This document shows positions 18,761 to 29,665 of a DNA stretch of 64,000 bases, one piece after another (positions within the stretch are counted from its first letter, which is position 1; each line of letters starts with the position of its first letter). Under the pieces are notes generated by a model. It searched no databases, was not told the DNA's origin, and was given only the letters and a program-made list of their open reading frames with translations. Source of the DNA: Candidatus Poribacteria bacterium (GTDB lineage Bacteria; Poribacteria; WGA-4E; PCPOR2b); NCBI GenBank assembly GCA_965218095.1, contig OZ244587.1, positions 5,728,001 to 5,792,000 on the forward strand, given 5' to 3'. Position numbers and translations under genes: made by a program.

Positions 18761-18885
18761 TGTGCGACAGCGTCCAGCAAATTCCTTAACCTCACCCAGC
18801 GTTCACATCCAGCCTTTCGCATGCAATCATCTCTGTTCGCCTACACATCGGATAATTTGCTGGATACGGCTTTGACGCCTATCAT

Positions 18886-19719
18886 TTAAGCCGGTTTGCC
18901 CGGGGCATTGCGCCCATAAACATCAGTCACGATGCTGCCAACATCATCGATTTCAACCCGTAGCGACGTGTTCTGTCTGATTTCGACCAACTCCACAGGA
19001 GATCCGGGGATGACGAGACTGCCGCGATGAAGGCATGTGCCTTTTCGGGTCAGAAATCCGACTAGCCATCTCAGAGAATTGAGTGGACCTCCCATGATTT
19101 CAGAAGCTCGCGCTTGCGTGACCCGTGACCCATCTTTGAAGACGCGGAACATCTCATGTCGGAAACTTAGCCCGTGAGGAGACACCTTTTGCGCACCGAT
19201 GATTAAACACGTGTGAATCCCGTTCGACGCAATCAACTCCTGTGAAGTGTTGGGCGAGAACCAAAACTTAAAAAGGTGAACTTCAATGCCTGGCGAAACG
19301 AACTCGATGGCATCAATCAATATCTCATCATCCAAATGTTCGCAACAAAGATCTGTGTTGATTTTCAGAACCAACTCCGGTTCGATGGCACAGTTGATGA
19401 AATCATCCCAGAAGAACGGAACTCCCGCATCATACACATAAGGCTCATACAATCTTCCACAGATAGGCTCTGTGAGACCAAATTGCCGCTGAATAGCCGC
19501 ACTGGTGCATCCCACCTTGTAACCGACGACGGGCTCGCCGCGCGCCACTCGCTTGTCAGCCACTGCATCTTGAATCTGATAGGCTTGCTCGATTGATAGA
19601 TCGGAGATAGGGTGTGACATATCAGATTCAAACCGGCCGTCATAAAAGGCGTCAAAAAATGCCTGAGCGAGTGTTTCAATGCGTTTCATCAGCGTGTTCG
19701 TCTGTGTTGGGATGCACAT
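18886..19719 (-). CDS. 2-keto-4-pentenoate hydratase family (MhpD/FAH-like)
   Basis: AYQIQ, VVGYKVGCTS, EPICGRL, IEPEL, GGPLNSLRWL, VIPGS; start uncertain (19689 possible). Confidence 0.85.
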   Translation of the reverse strand: MCIPTQTNTLMKRIETLAQAFFDAFYDGRFESDMSHPISDLSIEQAYQIQDAVADKRVARGEPVVGYKVGCTSAAIQRQFGLTEPICGRLYEPYVYDAGVPFFWDDFINCAIEPELVLKINTDLCCEHLDDEILIDAIEFVSPGIEVHLFKFWFSPNTSQELIASNGIHTCLIIGAQKVSPHGLSFRHEMFRVFKDGSRVTQARASEIMGGPLNSLRWLVGFLTRKGTCLHRGSLVIPGSPVELVEIRQNTSLRVEIDDVGSIVTDVYGRNAPGKPA

Positions 19720-19899
19720 CGCCAGCTCTCCCCGGGCGTCAACAACCCGTGAGCAATCAATGTCTGGATAGCCCTTGTACTATCAGTTGCAGTTGAGCTA
19801 CCCTATTTCGGCAGATAATCTCGGAAATGGATAATCGCGTTCTCGTTGTCACAGTAGGTAATCGGTTTGGGAGAAAACCATTCAATTAGGGGTAGCTGA

Positions 19900-20363
19900 C
19901 GCGGCGGCAACGAAAAAAGTTCTATGGTGGTCATCGCCCCAGATGTAGAGGAGGACGTACTCGGCACCCTCATCGGTTTCTTCGGCGCGTATCAGTCTGC
20001 GATAGGCCTAATATACCCCGAAGCTGCCTACGCCATAATTGCCGATGGGTTCGCCTATGTGTGCGGCCAAGTATTCCTGCTAAGTCTCCTGGTCGCTCAC
20101 CTGGGCACCTTGGGTGAAACTGTTGCCATAGGTGTTGATGCGACGGGGCGGTCGGCGTACAGGACTGCGCTGCGGGTGCCATTTTTTTGCACAGTGTTGA
20201 TGGTAGAACTATTGTCGATGCCGTCTTTGGGCAGATAGTTACCGAGGATATACCCGACTTCCGGATCGAATTGGGCCCATGAGAGTTTTTTGGGGTCAAG
20301 GAAGTGGTCAATTTCTTCTCTGGTACAGGCTTTTGCCCGAATGTGTTGTTCAAAAGCCGTCAT
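19900..20363 (-). pseudogene. Conserved hypothetical (SGNH-like) pseudogene
   Basis: After a frameshift it reads TYGNSFTQGAQVSDQETWQEYLAAHIGEPIGNYGVGSFGVY*AYRRL; in-frame TAG at 20008-20010. Confidence 0.65.
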
Positions 20364-20501
20364 ATTTGAGTTCTCCTCTATTTCAGTCGTTTATGCAAAG
20401 GGCATCGGCTGAAAGAAGCCTTGCCTCTGATGTTTTGCGAGTTTTGGCAGATTGTTATCCAGCCGCTTCACTTCGTTTAATCTCCTTTAAATCGTATGAG
20501 C

Positions 20502-20597
20502 CTAGTACAGCGTGGCGGAAGTCCTTTACCATTTAGAAACCGAGCTTTTGGCAAAAACTCGGTTTCTTCTAACCGTTCAATTATTTCTGCCGCCGTA
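20502..20597. mobile_element. MITE-like repeat, copy A
   Basis: CTAGTACAGCGTGGCGGAA...TTCTGCCG ends with internal palindrome AGAAACCGAG(C)TTTTGGCAAAAACTCGGTTTCT; inverted copy at 50274. Confidence 0.7.
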
Positions 20598-20876
20598 TCT
20601 TCAACCATTGTTCCCGCAAGTCAGTGCCTACCGCTGCAGGCGAGTGTCCCACTCTTATATCACGGCTGAGATTTCGCGTCAACAGAAAACGCCGCTTAAT
20701 TTTTCTTTCCCCCCGACCGGCCGTCGTCGAGTCCGAGCGTCCTCCCACCCGTAGGATTCGGGGAAAAGGTCGGATGTCCTCGTTGTGCGGGATTCAAAGT
20801 AACTAGGGGATTTCGCTACGCGGGTTCGGCTCGGGGCTTTCTGAGAAATCTCTGCAAATTGACAGCGAAGAGACCG

Positions 20877-21877
20877 CTATATCCACCTACCCTCAATCAT
20901 CAACGTCAATGGCGATTCCGTCTCTTCAAGCGGCAGATGAATCCGACGTCTTTGCCGGGAAGACTCATAAATTGCCATGAGCAGTTCGAGGGTGGCGTAT
21001 CCCTGGTAACCACTTGAGCGGTGCTCTCGGTCTTCCTCGATAGCTGCAATCAGGTCTTGTACGGCGCCAATTTCAGACGGTGACTCCGGTGTCACCCATG
21101 CTCCACCGGACTCCTGGTTGCGGAAACGGAGAAACGGTCCGTCCGGAACAGCGAGTTCGATTTCGCCTTCTGTCCCGTAGCAGTAGATGTGGTGGTAACC
21201 CGGTGCGGTATCGGTGCCCGATTCAATAATGCCCCGAACATTGTTCTCAAACTTGAAGTAACCGAGTGCGAAATTTCGGAGTGCAGGTCATAGTTCATCG
21301 GCGTGCCGATGTGTTCAATCTGACCCATGACCCAAATGACGGGACAATCGCCGTAGAGAAATCGCATGATATCAACGGTATGCGTGGCATTGTCCTTCAG
21401 GTCGCCCTCGCCACAGATGCCATGAATCCGAAAGAGTTCACCGATAAGACCGTCCGCAATCATTTGTTTCGCGGTCACGTAGGCGTCGCTAAACCGCGTT
21501 TGATGGTCAATTGCCAATTTCACACCATGCTGCGAACACGCCTCAAGCATTGCCTGCGCCTGTCCGAGATTCTCCGCCATCGGTTTTTCAGAAAGAATTC
21601 CCTTCACACCCCGTTTCGCGGTTTCGATCACGATTGGTGCATGCAGTTTCGGGCGCGTACAAACCGAAACAATATCAATTTCTTCTGTTTCAAGCATTTC
21701 GATGTAATCGGTGTACTGTTTGTCGATGCCATACTTTTCGCTATAGGCTTTCATGTGTTCTGGGGCAACGTCGGCAACCGCGCAGAGGGTTGCCCTTGGT
21801 TCATTCAGATACCACCTGGTATGCATGTGAGAGATTCCACCGCAACCAATTATTGCAACGTTGTAGGTCTTGTCCAT
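20877..21877 (-). pseudogene. Gfo/Idh/MocA oxidoreductase, frameshifted near 21270
   Basis: VAIIGCGGI, EKPMA and DNATHTVD; the C-terminus (TLELLMAIYESSR) is in another frame. Confidence 0.8.
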
Positions 21878-22061
21878 TGTAGATTCCTCTTGTTCCTTTG
21901 CGATTCGTTTTTTTACTTCTGAGTAAGAGTCAGATTACCTTGTGAGCATCAAAGGTTTTGCAAAACTGTTGTCCTCTATCAATCCTATTGGAACGGTAAC
22001 GCACTTTGGACATTATCGTGGCAAATGAAGTTCTTGATGGTATAATACTCCCGGTTCCACT

Positions 22062-23030
22062 CTAATCCTCATCCCAATGCAACGTGACACACATCACTTC
22101 GTCGAGCCGTTCATAGAGCAACCTGAAGGCTTCGACTGCCTCGATTCTGCCATCAAGCCGATGCATGATCATCTTCTGTGGGAGAACTTGACCGCCCAGT
22201 AGCAACCCGAGCGCGACCTTCGATGCTTCAACCCGCCGGTAAGGGATGTGTCCGGCGCCGAGAATCTTTTTATTCATCACCTTGTGGACATCAAGGCGAA
22301 GGGGTTCTTTGTGATAGAGACCTATCAGCAGGATCGTCCCACTTGCCCGCGTCATCTCTTGGGCTTGAGAAAACGCCTTCACTCCAGCCGGTCCCCCAAC
22401 AGTTTCGATGACGACGTCTGCGCCGATGCTGTCTGTCAAACGTCTGATCGCCGCAACAGGATCTTCCGCGTTGAAATTAATGACTTCGTCGGCGCCGAGT
22501 TTCCTTGCGATTTGACGCCGCAAAGGAATCCCTTCGACAACGATGACCTTTTCCGGTCCTGTCATTCGCATGGCCTGCATGCAGAGGCTACCGATGAGCC
22601 CACTACCGAGAATGACGAGGGTATCCCCGGGTTTAATAGAGGAAGCCCAGGACCACATGACAGCGCTGGTCGTCAGCAGCCAGAAAGTTGCGTCCTCAAA
22701 CGTCAGTTCATCAGGTAGGTGTCGAACAGAGACTCCCGGTTCGACATCAACGGCGACATACTCCGCATGTGGGGCGCTTGCCATGATTCTGTCCCCTGGT
22801 GAAAACGCCGTGACTTCAGTTCCCACCGCCTCGATGACGCCCGCGGTGGAGTAACCTATGGCGCAGTGGGACAGAGCGCCTTCACTGGTATATCGACCGC
22901 CGATTTCTGATCTGCGGCTGATGAGAGTGACTTTGTTACGGACGAGCACCTATTGCGGACCCACCGAAGGAATTGGAGCGTCCTCAAGGACAAAATTGAA
23001 TTGACCATCGCGTTTCATCAAGCGTTTCAT
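22062..23030 (-). pseudogene. Zinc-binding/MDR alcohol dehydrogenase with in-frame TAG at 22950-22952
   Basis: ATG 23030 MKRLMK...PIPSVGPQ*VLVRNK continues in frame into GYSTAG, GSGLIG and GADVVIETVG. Confidence 0.8.
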
Positions 23031-23237
23031 CGTTTTTCGTTGCGGAAACCCCGTCCCGAAAGGGCAGGCTTTGCCGCGCTCCTTTTTTCCTTTGACTTTG
23101 TGTCACATCTTACGCAACACCTTCGACATTATACTGCATGATATTCTAACACACCATTCAGGTTATCAACAGCCAAAATAATTTACTGAGCCCTGAAACC
23201 GTTTCTTGAAAGAGGGAATTCCCTGCGTTTATAGGAA

Positions 23238-23266
23238 TTGCTTTTTTTACGGATTCTTGCTATAAT
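23238..23266 (+). promoter_or_regulatory. Putative sigma70 promoter with extended -10
   Basis: TTGCTT-17nt-TATAAT with TG at the extended -10 position. Confidence 0.55.
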
Positions 23267-23368
23267 GTCGATTTCAAATCGCCATTGAAGTTCGAAGCAG
23301 AGGGAATGGAGGTTCTGATGCTTATGAAGCCAAAACGACTAGACGGATAATCGGCAAGGGGCTTTGAA

Positions 23369-23905
23369 ATGAAACTCACCAACCAACAGATTCGGTTCTT
23401 TGACACCTTTGGGTTCCTCACGTTTCCAGGCCTGTTCGCTGAGGAGATAGCGTCCATCACTGAGGCTTCGAGTGGGTCTGGACTGAGCATGGCGGCGGAC
23501 ACAACAACCAACCTCACGATCACAAGCGGTGATCCGCCTTGATTCACTTCATTGACCAGAACGAATACCTGAGCGCCCTAATTGATGACCCACGCATAGA
23601 GGGTATTGCTGCCTCGCTATTGGGAGACGACTTTAACTACGAGGGGAGTGATGGCAACTACTACGTGGGAGACACCCGCTGGCACTCAAACGACTACTAT
23701 CGCAAATACCTGACCATTAGATCCTCTATCTGGACTCCCTCACGCGAGACGCTGGCTGCTTGCGGGTCATTACCAGGTAGCTACCGTACGGGCGATGGAT
23801 TTGCTGATGCGGTAAACTAGGTGGTTTCTGGCTCCATAGAAAATGACGTGCTGGCGCATTGGGAGGTTCACGGTCGAGATGTTCCCGCAGTCGCCTTGGA
23901 AACGG
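23369..23905 (+). pseudogene. Phytanoyl-CoA dioxygenase (PhyH) family pseudogene
   Basis: MKLTNQQIRFFDTFGFL, GSDGNYYVGDTRWHS, LRVIPG and VPAVALETAPG; frameshifts plus TGA 23530 and TAG 23818; cut at a repeat. Confidence 0.8.
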
Positions 23906-24085
23906 CGCCAGGAGCGGAGTCCCTGGACTGAAAGTTAAACAAACTATTTATAAAATACTTATGTCAAATCAAATTGTTATAATGTCTACTATATCTCGGC
24001 TTCGCTCAATGGACAAACCGGGCAAAAGCTTCCATGTAAATGTCTCCGATGTTTTTCTATTATTTACACCGGAGATTCTTCGTGG
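23905..24085. repeat. ~180-bp dispersed element (parts repeated at 42077-42135 and, inverted, at 51423-51538)
   Basis: Direct sequence comparison: 58/59 identity to 42077-42135, and a near-identical reverse complement at 51423-51538. Confidence 0.85.
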
Positions 24086-24255
24086 TTCTGAGCGTGAGCA
24101 GACTGCGTTGCGAGCTCCATCATCAGAACCTCGCTAACCAGCAACTGCATTGATAAGGCAGCCTTTTGACCTGTACCTCCATCCTCTGCCTCGAAGAAGC
24201 CCTTCAGCCCCTTTCGGATTGCTCTGCTTAGGTCGGTAAGCTTTCAACTAGCCAT
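24086..24255 (-). pseudogene. Remnant of a small secreted peptide/precursor gene
   Basis: SD aaggtga, MAS*KLTDLSRAIRKGLKGFFEAEDGGTGQKAALSMQLLVSEVLMMELATQSAHAQN; truncated by the repeat. Confidence 0.4.
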
Positions 24256-24496
24256 TTCGATTTCACCTTCTTTCTCAATGAGAATTTCGGGTGATGTTGA
24301 GCCATCACCCGCGTGCACGGGATGATACCCTTTTATACACGTTTTCAACTTCCTTCTTAGGCCGAACTTGGGTGAGGATAATAGATCGAAGGGAGACTGT
24401 CAGCGAGGAGACATGCACGAAAATACTTCCAATCCGTTCCATCTTATGCGAAAATAGTTGCTCCATCAAGTCACTGAGTCGAGAGAGGCGTTTCCA

Positions 24497-27400
24497 ATGA
24501 AACCGGCATTGTCACGGTTCCTACTGCTCGGGCTTTTACTTTCCGGCGAAGTGTGGGAGGCAACTGCCCAACCCCAGGCAGATACAATCAGCATCGTCGG
24601 CACCCTCTTTATGCCAATGCCCGATCACACGACCCCGCATGTTGCTGTTCTTGTCCAGGCTGTTAGGGACGGGAAAGTGGTTGACACAACGTTGAGCGAT
24701 GAAGCGGGTCAGTTTTCGTTCGTCAACCTGAAGCTGGGACAGTACCAGGTACGATGTCAAACGCCGGCGGGGTATGTCTACCCGGTAAGGTATGTCTACC
24801 CGGTAAAGGGGGAAATTCATCAGGTCGTCGCTGGAGAAACGCTACAGGTTCATTTCCACATCGGTCCGTTCAAAAAAGGAACGTGGAAGCACTATGATAC
24901 CCTTGATGGATTGGCAGATAACGATGTCACCGCCATCTACCGCAGCCTCGATGGTGTCATGTGGTTCGGGACCGATGGCGGCGGTGTTTCTGTATACGAT
25001 GGCGAACGGTTCAACACCTTCACGACTCAGGACGGATTGGCGAGCAACTTCGTCCGTTCCATCTATAGCACAGATGATGCCGCCATCTGGTTCGCAACCC
25101 AAGGTGGCGTGTCTCGCTATGACGGTGCCCGTCGGAATGACGGGATGACATTCACCAACCTGACGGAAAAAGAGGGTTTGGTGCATAACGATGTCTACGC
25201 GGTTTATCAGACGCTAGATGGCATGCTGTGGTTTGGAACGGCAGGCGGCGTCTCCCAATACAACGGCAAAGGGTTCGTCAATTTGACGGAAGAAGAGGGG
25301 TTAGCACATGATCATGTCTATGCTATTTGTCAAACTTTAGATGGCGTGCTGTGGTTTGCGACACACGGGGGCGGCGTCTCTGCATACGATGGAAAGGGAA
25401 TTATCAAACGGCTGATGGAGGAGGACGGCTTGGCGGATAGCCGTGTCCATACCATCTATGCCGCTCCTGATGACACACTATGGTTTGGCACTGACAGCGG
25501 TGTCTCTGTGTACGATCAGAGTAAATTTATCACGCATCTCACGGAGAAGGCTGGGTTAGTGGACAACCGTGTGCACGCCATTTGTCGGGTGTCGGATGGT
25601 GCGATGTGGTTTGGTACACCGGCGGGCGCTTCTCGGTACGACGGAAAGACAGTGGTCAACTTCACCACAGGAGATGGTCTGAAACACAACCACGTCACCG
25701 TAATTCACGCCGCTCCTGATGGGACGATATGGTTCGGGACGGATGGCGGCGGTATTTCCGCCTACGATGGGGAAGGATTTGTCAGCTTCACTGCGGCAGA
25801 AGGGCTGGCAAGTAACTGGATTCATGATATCTATCAGGTGCCGGAGGGGGCAATATGGTTTGGGACATCGGGCGGGGTATCTCGGTACGACCTCCATCCG
25901 TCGCCCGGGACAGATGGACGCCGATTTGTTAATTTTACGACTCAGGATGGTCTGGTCAATAACACCGTACGGACTGTTTATCATGGACGAAAAGATACAG
26001 ATGGGGTGATGTGGTTTGGCACGGACAGCGGTGTATCTCAATACAATGCAGCCCACCATGCTGACGGGCTGCCGTTCGTTAATCTCACGACACAAGAGGG
26101 CCTAATCAACGACACCGTGAGAGCCATCCACCGCACGCCCGATGGAACGATGTGGTTTGGAACAGATGGGGGCGTCTCTGCGTATAACGGAGAACGGTTC
26201 GTCAATCTCACCGCCCAAGACGGGTTGGTGGACAACCGCATTCGTGCCATCTGTGACACGCCCGATGGGATTCTGTGGTTCGCAACACACGGTGGTGTGT
26301 CCCGTTATCATCTCACAGCGCGTGAAGATGAAAATCGGCTTCTCAACTTCACCGGCGAAGATGGGCTGCCGAGTCATTTCGTCAATGACCTCCTGCCTGC
26401 GCCCGGCGGTGTGATGTGGTTTGCGACATACAGCGGTGTATCTCGATACGATGCCTCCCCGCATTCCGATGGGGTGCCATTTGCCAATTTTACAATCAAA
26501 GATGGATTGGTGGATAACGAGGTCAACGCCCTTTATCGGAGCGGCGACGGAACGATGTGGTTTGGAACAGATGGGGGCGTCTCTATGTACGATGGTATTG
26601 CGTGGGGTTCTTTGGATACATGGGAAGGATTGGTCGGTGCCAACGTGACGGCGATTCACGAAGACACAAACGGATTCTTATGGTTCGGAACAACCGAAGG
26701 TGTCACGCGCTATCGTCGAAATACCGTGCCGTCAACGGTTCGTATCGTTACTGTAAGTGTTGCGTCCATGCGAGCGGATAGGCGATATACGCCTTCTGAG
26801 AAAATTCCATCTATCACTGCTGGCAGCTACGTCACCATCGAATATCAAGCCATCGATTTCAAAACCCACCCACAGAAGCGACAGTATCGCTATCGAATTC
26901 AAGAAATTGACAGAGACGAGCGTTCTATTGCGCGTCCTTATCTCCCGCCAACCAAAGAGACGGTGTTTGCGTGGACGCCCCAAAGAGCGGGTGTCTATAT
27001 TTTTGAAGTGCGGGCGATTGATCGCGATTTGAATGACTCTGCCCCCGCAAGTATGACGTTGAAAGTCGTGCCGCGGTGGTATCTCAACGCCTGGATCGCT
27101 ATTCCCTCGGTGATGTCGATTGCGGGCTTCCTCGTTCTGTTCATCGTTTTCGTCGGGCGTTACTATGCCAAGCGCCGCGAAGCACAACGATTACGGGGAG
27201 AGATGTTTCAACAGGAACAAAGTGCCCGTGAACAGGCGGAGGGAAACGCCAATACGCTTCGCGGTCTGGCTCACGCCGTTAAAAATCCGCTGGCAATCAT
27301 CGAAGCCTGCTCAGAAAATTTGGTGCTGTTAGAAGAGACAGCGCCTGTGGGAATGCATTCTAGAGGTGCCACCGGCAGATGCTTGCGAGAAATCAGAGAA

Positions 27401-27937
27401 CAGGTAAATCACGCGCGTCAGACGGTCAATCAACTACTTAAGGCAACGGCGCAACCCGAATTTCGGCTTTTTGATCTGCGCCTTGAGATTGAACTCCTGC
27501 TGCACGAAACGCTGCAAAGAAATCCAGATTGGGAGCATAAAATCACTCTTCGTAAACAGTGCGAAGCGATACCACACATCAACGGAGATGTGGATAAGCT
27601 GTGGATAGCATTTGAGAACGTCTTTATCAATGCGTGTGAAGCGATGGAGGAAACCGGTGGCACCCTTACCCTCCGAATGACCCGGACGGTTAATGCCATC
27701 CGAATTGATATACAAGACACCGGCTGCGGTATTAACGCGGAAGCGTTGCAAAATGTCTTTAAGCCGCTGTATTCTACCAAGAAGGATAGAGGCGGCACCG
27801 GTTTAGGCATGTGGATTGCGAAGCAAATTATTGATGAACACCGCGGGCAGATTGATATTCTGTCAAAACCCGACGTTGGAACAACCATCCATGTAGATTT
27901 GCCGATTTCTCCGGATGAGGCGACTACTGCGCTGTAA
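24497..27937 (+). CDS. Sensor histidine kinase with periplasmic two-component-regulator beta-propeller and YYY-like domain
   Basis: Signal peptide, many 'DG.MWFGT.GGVS.YDG..F..T..DGL' repeats, FEVRAIDRDLN, TM helix, H-box LAHAVKNPL, N-box INACEAM, DTGCGI and GTGLGM. Confidence 0.93.
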   Translation: MKPALSRFLLLGLLLSGEVWEATAQPQADTISIVGTLFMPMPDHTTPHVAVLVQAVRDGKVVDTTLSDEAGQFSFVNLKLGQYQVRCQTPAGYVYPVRYVYPVKGEIHQVVAGETLQVHFHIGPFKKGTWKHYDTLDGLADNDVTAIYRSLDGVMWFGTDGGGVSVYDGERFNTFTTQDGLASNFVRSIYSTDDAAIWFATQGGVSRYDGARRNDGMTFTNLTEKEGLVHNDVYAVYQTLDGMLWFGTAGGVSQYNGKGFVNLTEEEGLAHDHVYAICQTLDGVLWFATHGGGVSAYDGKGIIKRLMEEDGLADSRVHTIYAAPDDTLWFGTDSGVSVYDQSKFITHLTEKAGLVDNRVHAICRVSDGAMWFGTPAGASRYDGKTVVNFTTGDGLKHNHVTVIHAAPDGTIWFGTDGGGISAYDGEGFVSFTAAEGLASNWIHDIYQVPEGAIWFGTSGGVSRYDLHPSPGTDGRRFVNFTTQDGLVNNTVRTVYHGRKDTDGVMWFGTDSGVSQYNAAHHADGLPFVNLTTQEGLINDTVRAIHRTPDGTMWFGTDGGVSAYNGERFVNLTAQDGLVDNRIRAICDTPDGILWFATHGGVSRYHLTAREDENRLLNFTGEDGLPSHFVNDLLPAPGGVMWFATYSGVSRYDASPHSDGVPFANFTIKDGLVDNEVNALYRSGDGTMWFGTDGGVSMYDGIAWGSLDTWEGLVGANVTAIHEDTNGFLWFGTTEGVTRYRRNTVPSTVRIVTVSVASMRADRRYTPSEKIPSITAGSYVTIEYQAIDFKTHPQKRQYRYRIQEIDRDERSIARPYLPPTKETVFAWTPQRAGVYIFEVRAIDRDLNDSAPASMTLKVVPRWYLNAWIAIPSVMSIAGFLVLFIVFVGRYYAKRREAQRLRGEMFQQEQSAREQAEGNANTLRGLAHAVKNPLAIIEACSENLVLLEETAPVGMHSRGATGRCLREIREQVNHARQTVNQLLKATAQPEFRLFDLRLEIELLLHETLQRNPDWEHKITLRKQCEAIPHINGDVDKLWIAFENVFINACEAMEETGGTLTLRMTRTVNAIRIDIQDTGCGINAEALQNVFKPLYSTKKDRGGTGLGMWIAKQIIDEHRGQIDILSKPDVGTTIHVDLPISPDEATTAL

Positions 27938-28141
27938 CATTGGTTTTGAGATGTACAACAATCTACATCAGAAGTGGGCTGGTAAAACGTAATGCGTAAT
28001 ACGTAAGAGCCTTCTTCTGATGTTTCACGTTTTACTCTTTACGACTCGACCAAGCTTGCCGAGGTCTCACGCCGAACGCCAATCCACAGCAAGCGAGACT
28101 AGCAGCATTTATCTGACAGCGTACGACTGGGGGACGAAATC

Positions 28142-29557
28142 ATGCCAGATGAACCGGGAAAAGTCCTCATCGTCGAGGATGAAGAAATCTACGCAGACGT
28201 GTATAGCGCCAGGCTGGTTCCTCTAGGATATCAGATTGAGACAGCAACGGATGTGCAAACTGCTTCTCATAAACTGCGGGCGTTCCAGCCGGATATAGTT
28301 ATTCTCGATTTGAGATTGCAGCGCCAAGATAGTGAAGAAGGACTTACGTTTCTAAGGGAGATTACGGCATACAACCCTGACATCAAAGTGATTGTCGTCA
28401 CCGTTGAAGGGACGATAGAAAACGCCATGAGAGCTCACAAGCTGGGTGCCTATGATTTCATTGAGAAAAAAACGCAAGGCTATAACGAACTTCCCTTCCG
28501 AGTCAATCAGGCTTATGAGAAGTTGCTGTTAGAACGCCGAATCGCAGAGTTGCAACAATCCGAAATTGACCGTATAAAAGGGTATCGCTACGGCTCCGAC
28601 AAGGTCATCGTTGGGGATTCCGAATGTATGCACCGTCTGTTTGAGCAAATGAACCGCGTCGCTTCAACAAACACAACCGTCCTCATCCTCGGTGAAAGCG
28701 GAACAGGGAAAGAACTGGTCGCCCAAGCGATTCACTATCACAGCCCCAGAGCCAGTCAGCCCTTTGTCGCGGTTGCCTGTGGACAAACAGAGAAGACCCT
28801 GCTCGGCAGCGAACTTTTTGGACATGAACGGGGGGCGTTCACCGGTGCAACAGGGCGAAAAGAAGGAAAATTTGAGACTGCCAACAACGGCACCATCTTC
28901 TTCGACGAAATTGCTGAACTCGATGCGGATTCTCAAGTGAAACTCCTGCGCGTCTTGCAGGAAAGACGGTTTGAACGGCTCGGCGGAAGGCAGACCATTG
29001 AAGTGGATGTCCGAGTGATTGCAGCGACGAATAAAAATCTGGAGCAGGCAGTCCAAGAAGGCACATTTCGAGAGGATCTCTACTATCGAATCAACGTTTT
29101 TCCGTTACACGTGCCTCCATTACACGAGCGCAAATCCGATATACCGCTGCTCTCCACCCATTTTCTCACTCAAAAATCGCATCTAACCCATGGCAAACAG
29201 ATCAGAGGCTTTCAGGAAGCAGCAATGGTGTTTTTAATGAGCTACTCATGGCCAGGGAACGTCCGTGAACTGGAAAACCGTATCGAGCAAGCGGTAGTAT
29301 TAGCCACAGGTGATTGGATTTCTGCCGCTGACATCCAGATTGACACCGCTAGACAATTCGATACCGAGAACAGAGCGCTTACCGAGTTGGTTGATGAATA
29401 CGAGCGAATTTTAATCATCGACGCGCTTGAGGGTGCTGTAGACCAGAAGGCTGCGGCAGACCATCTCGGTATCCCTGAACCAACGCTGAGATATAAGATG
29501 GATAAATACAATATTGAGAGGAGTCGATCCAGAAAACCTCGCAAAAATCTGCGATAA
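28142..29557 (+). CDS. NtrC/AtoC-family sigma54-dependent response regulator
   Basis: Receiver, GESGTGKELVA, ELFGHERGAFTGA, FFDEI, FREDLYYRINV, WPGNVRELEN and Fis-HTH. Confidence 0.96.
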   Translation: MPDEPGKVLIVEDEEIYADVYSARLVPLGYQIETATDVQTASHKLRAFQPDIVILDLRLQRQDSEEGLTFLREITAYNPDIKVIVVTVEGTIENAMRAHKLGAYDFIEKKTQGYNELPFRVNQAYEKLLLERRIAELQQSEIDRIKGYRYGSDKVIVGDSECMHRLFEQMNRVASTNTTVLILGESGTGKELVAQAIHYHSPRASQPFVAVACGQTEKTLLGSELFGHERGAFTGATGRKEGKFETANNGTIFFDEIAELDADSQVKLLRVLQERRFERLGGRQTIEVDVRVIAATNKNLEQAVQEGTFREDLYYRINVFPLHVPPLHERKSDIPLLSTHFLTQKSHLTHGKQIRGFQEAAMVFLMSYSWPGNVRELENRIEQAVVLATGDWISAADIQIDTARQFDTENRALTELVDEYERILIIDALEGAVDQKAAADHLGIPEPTLRYKMDKYNIERSRSRKPRKNLR

Positions 29558-29665
29558 TAGGGATCGGCATCGCAGGTTTTTGCGATACCGCCGAATTGCT
29601 GCGTATGCAAGGCATCTCGTGATTATCTGCCGAATTCAAAACAGCCATAAGCGCAATAATCTGCG
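29540..29665. promoter_or_regulatory. Repeated CGCA-N6-TGCG palindromes (candidate enhancer/UAS sites or terminator)
   Basis: CGCAAAAATCTGCG (29540), CGCAGGTTTTTGCG (29571), CGCAATAATCTGCG (29652). Confidence 0.45.
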
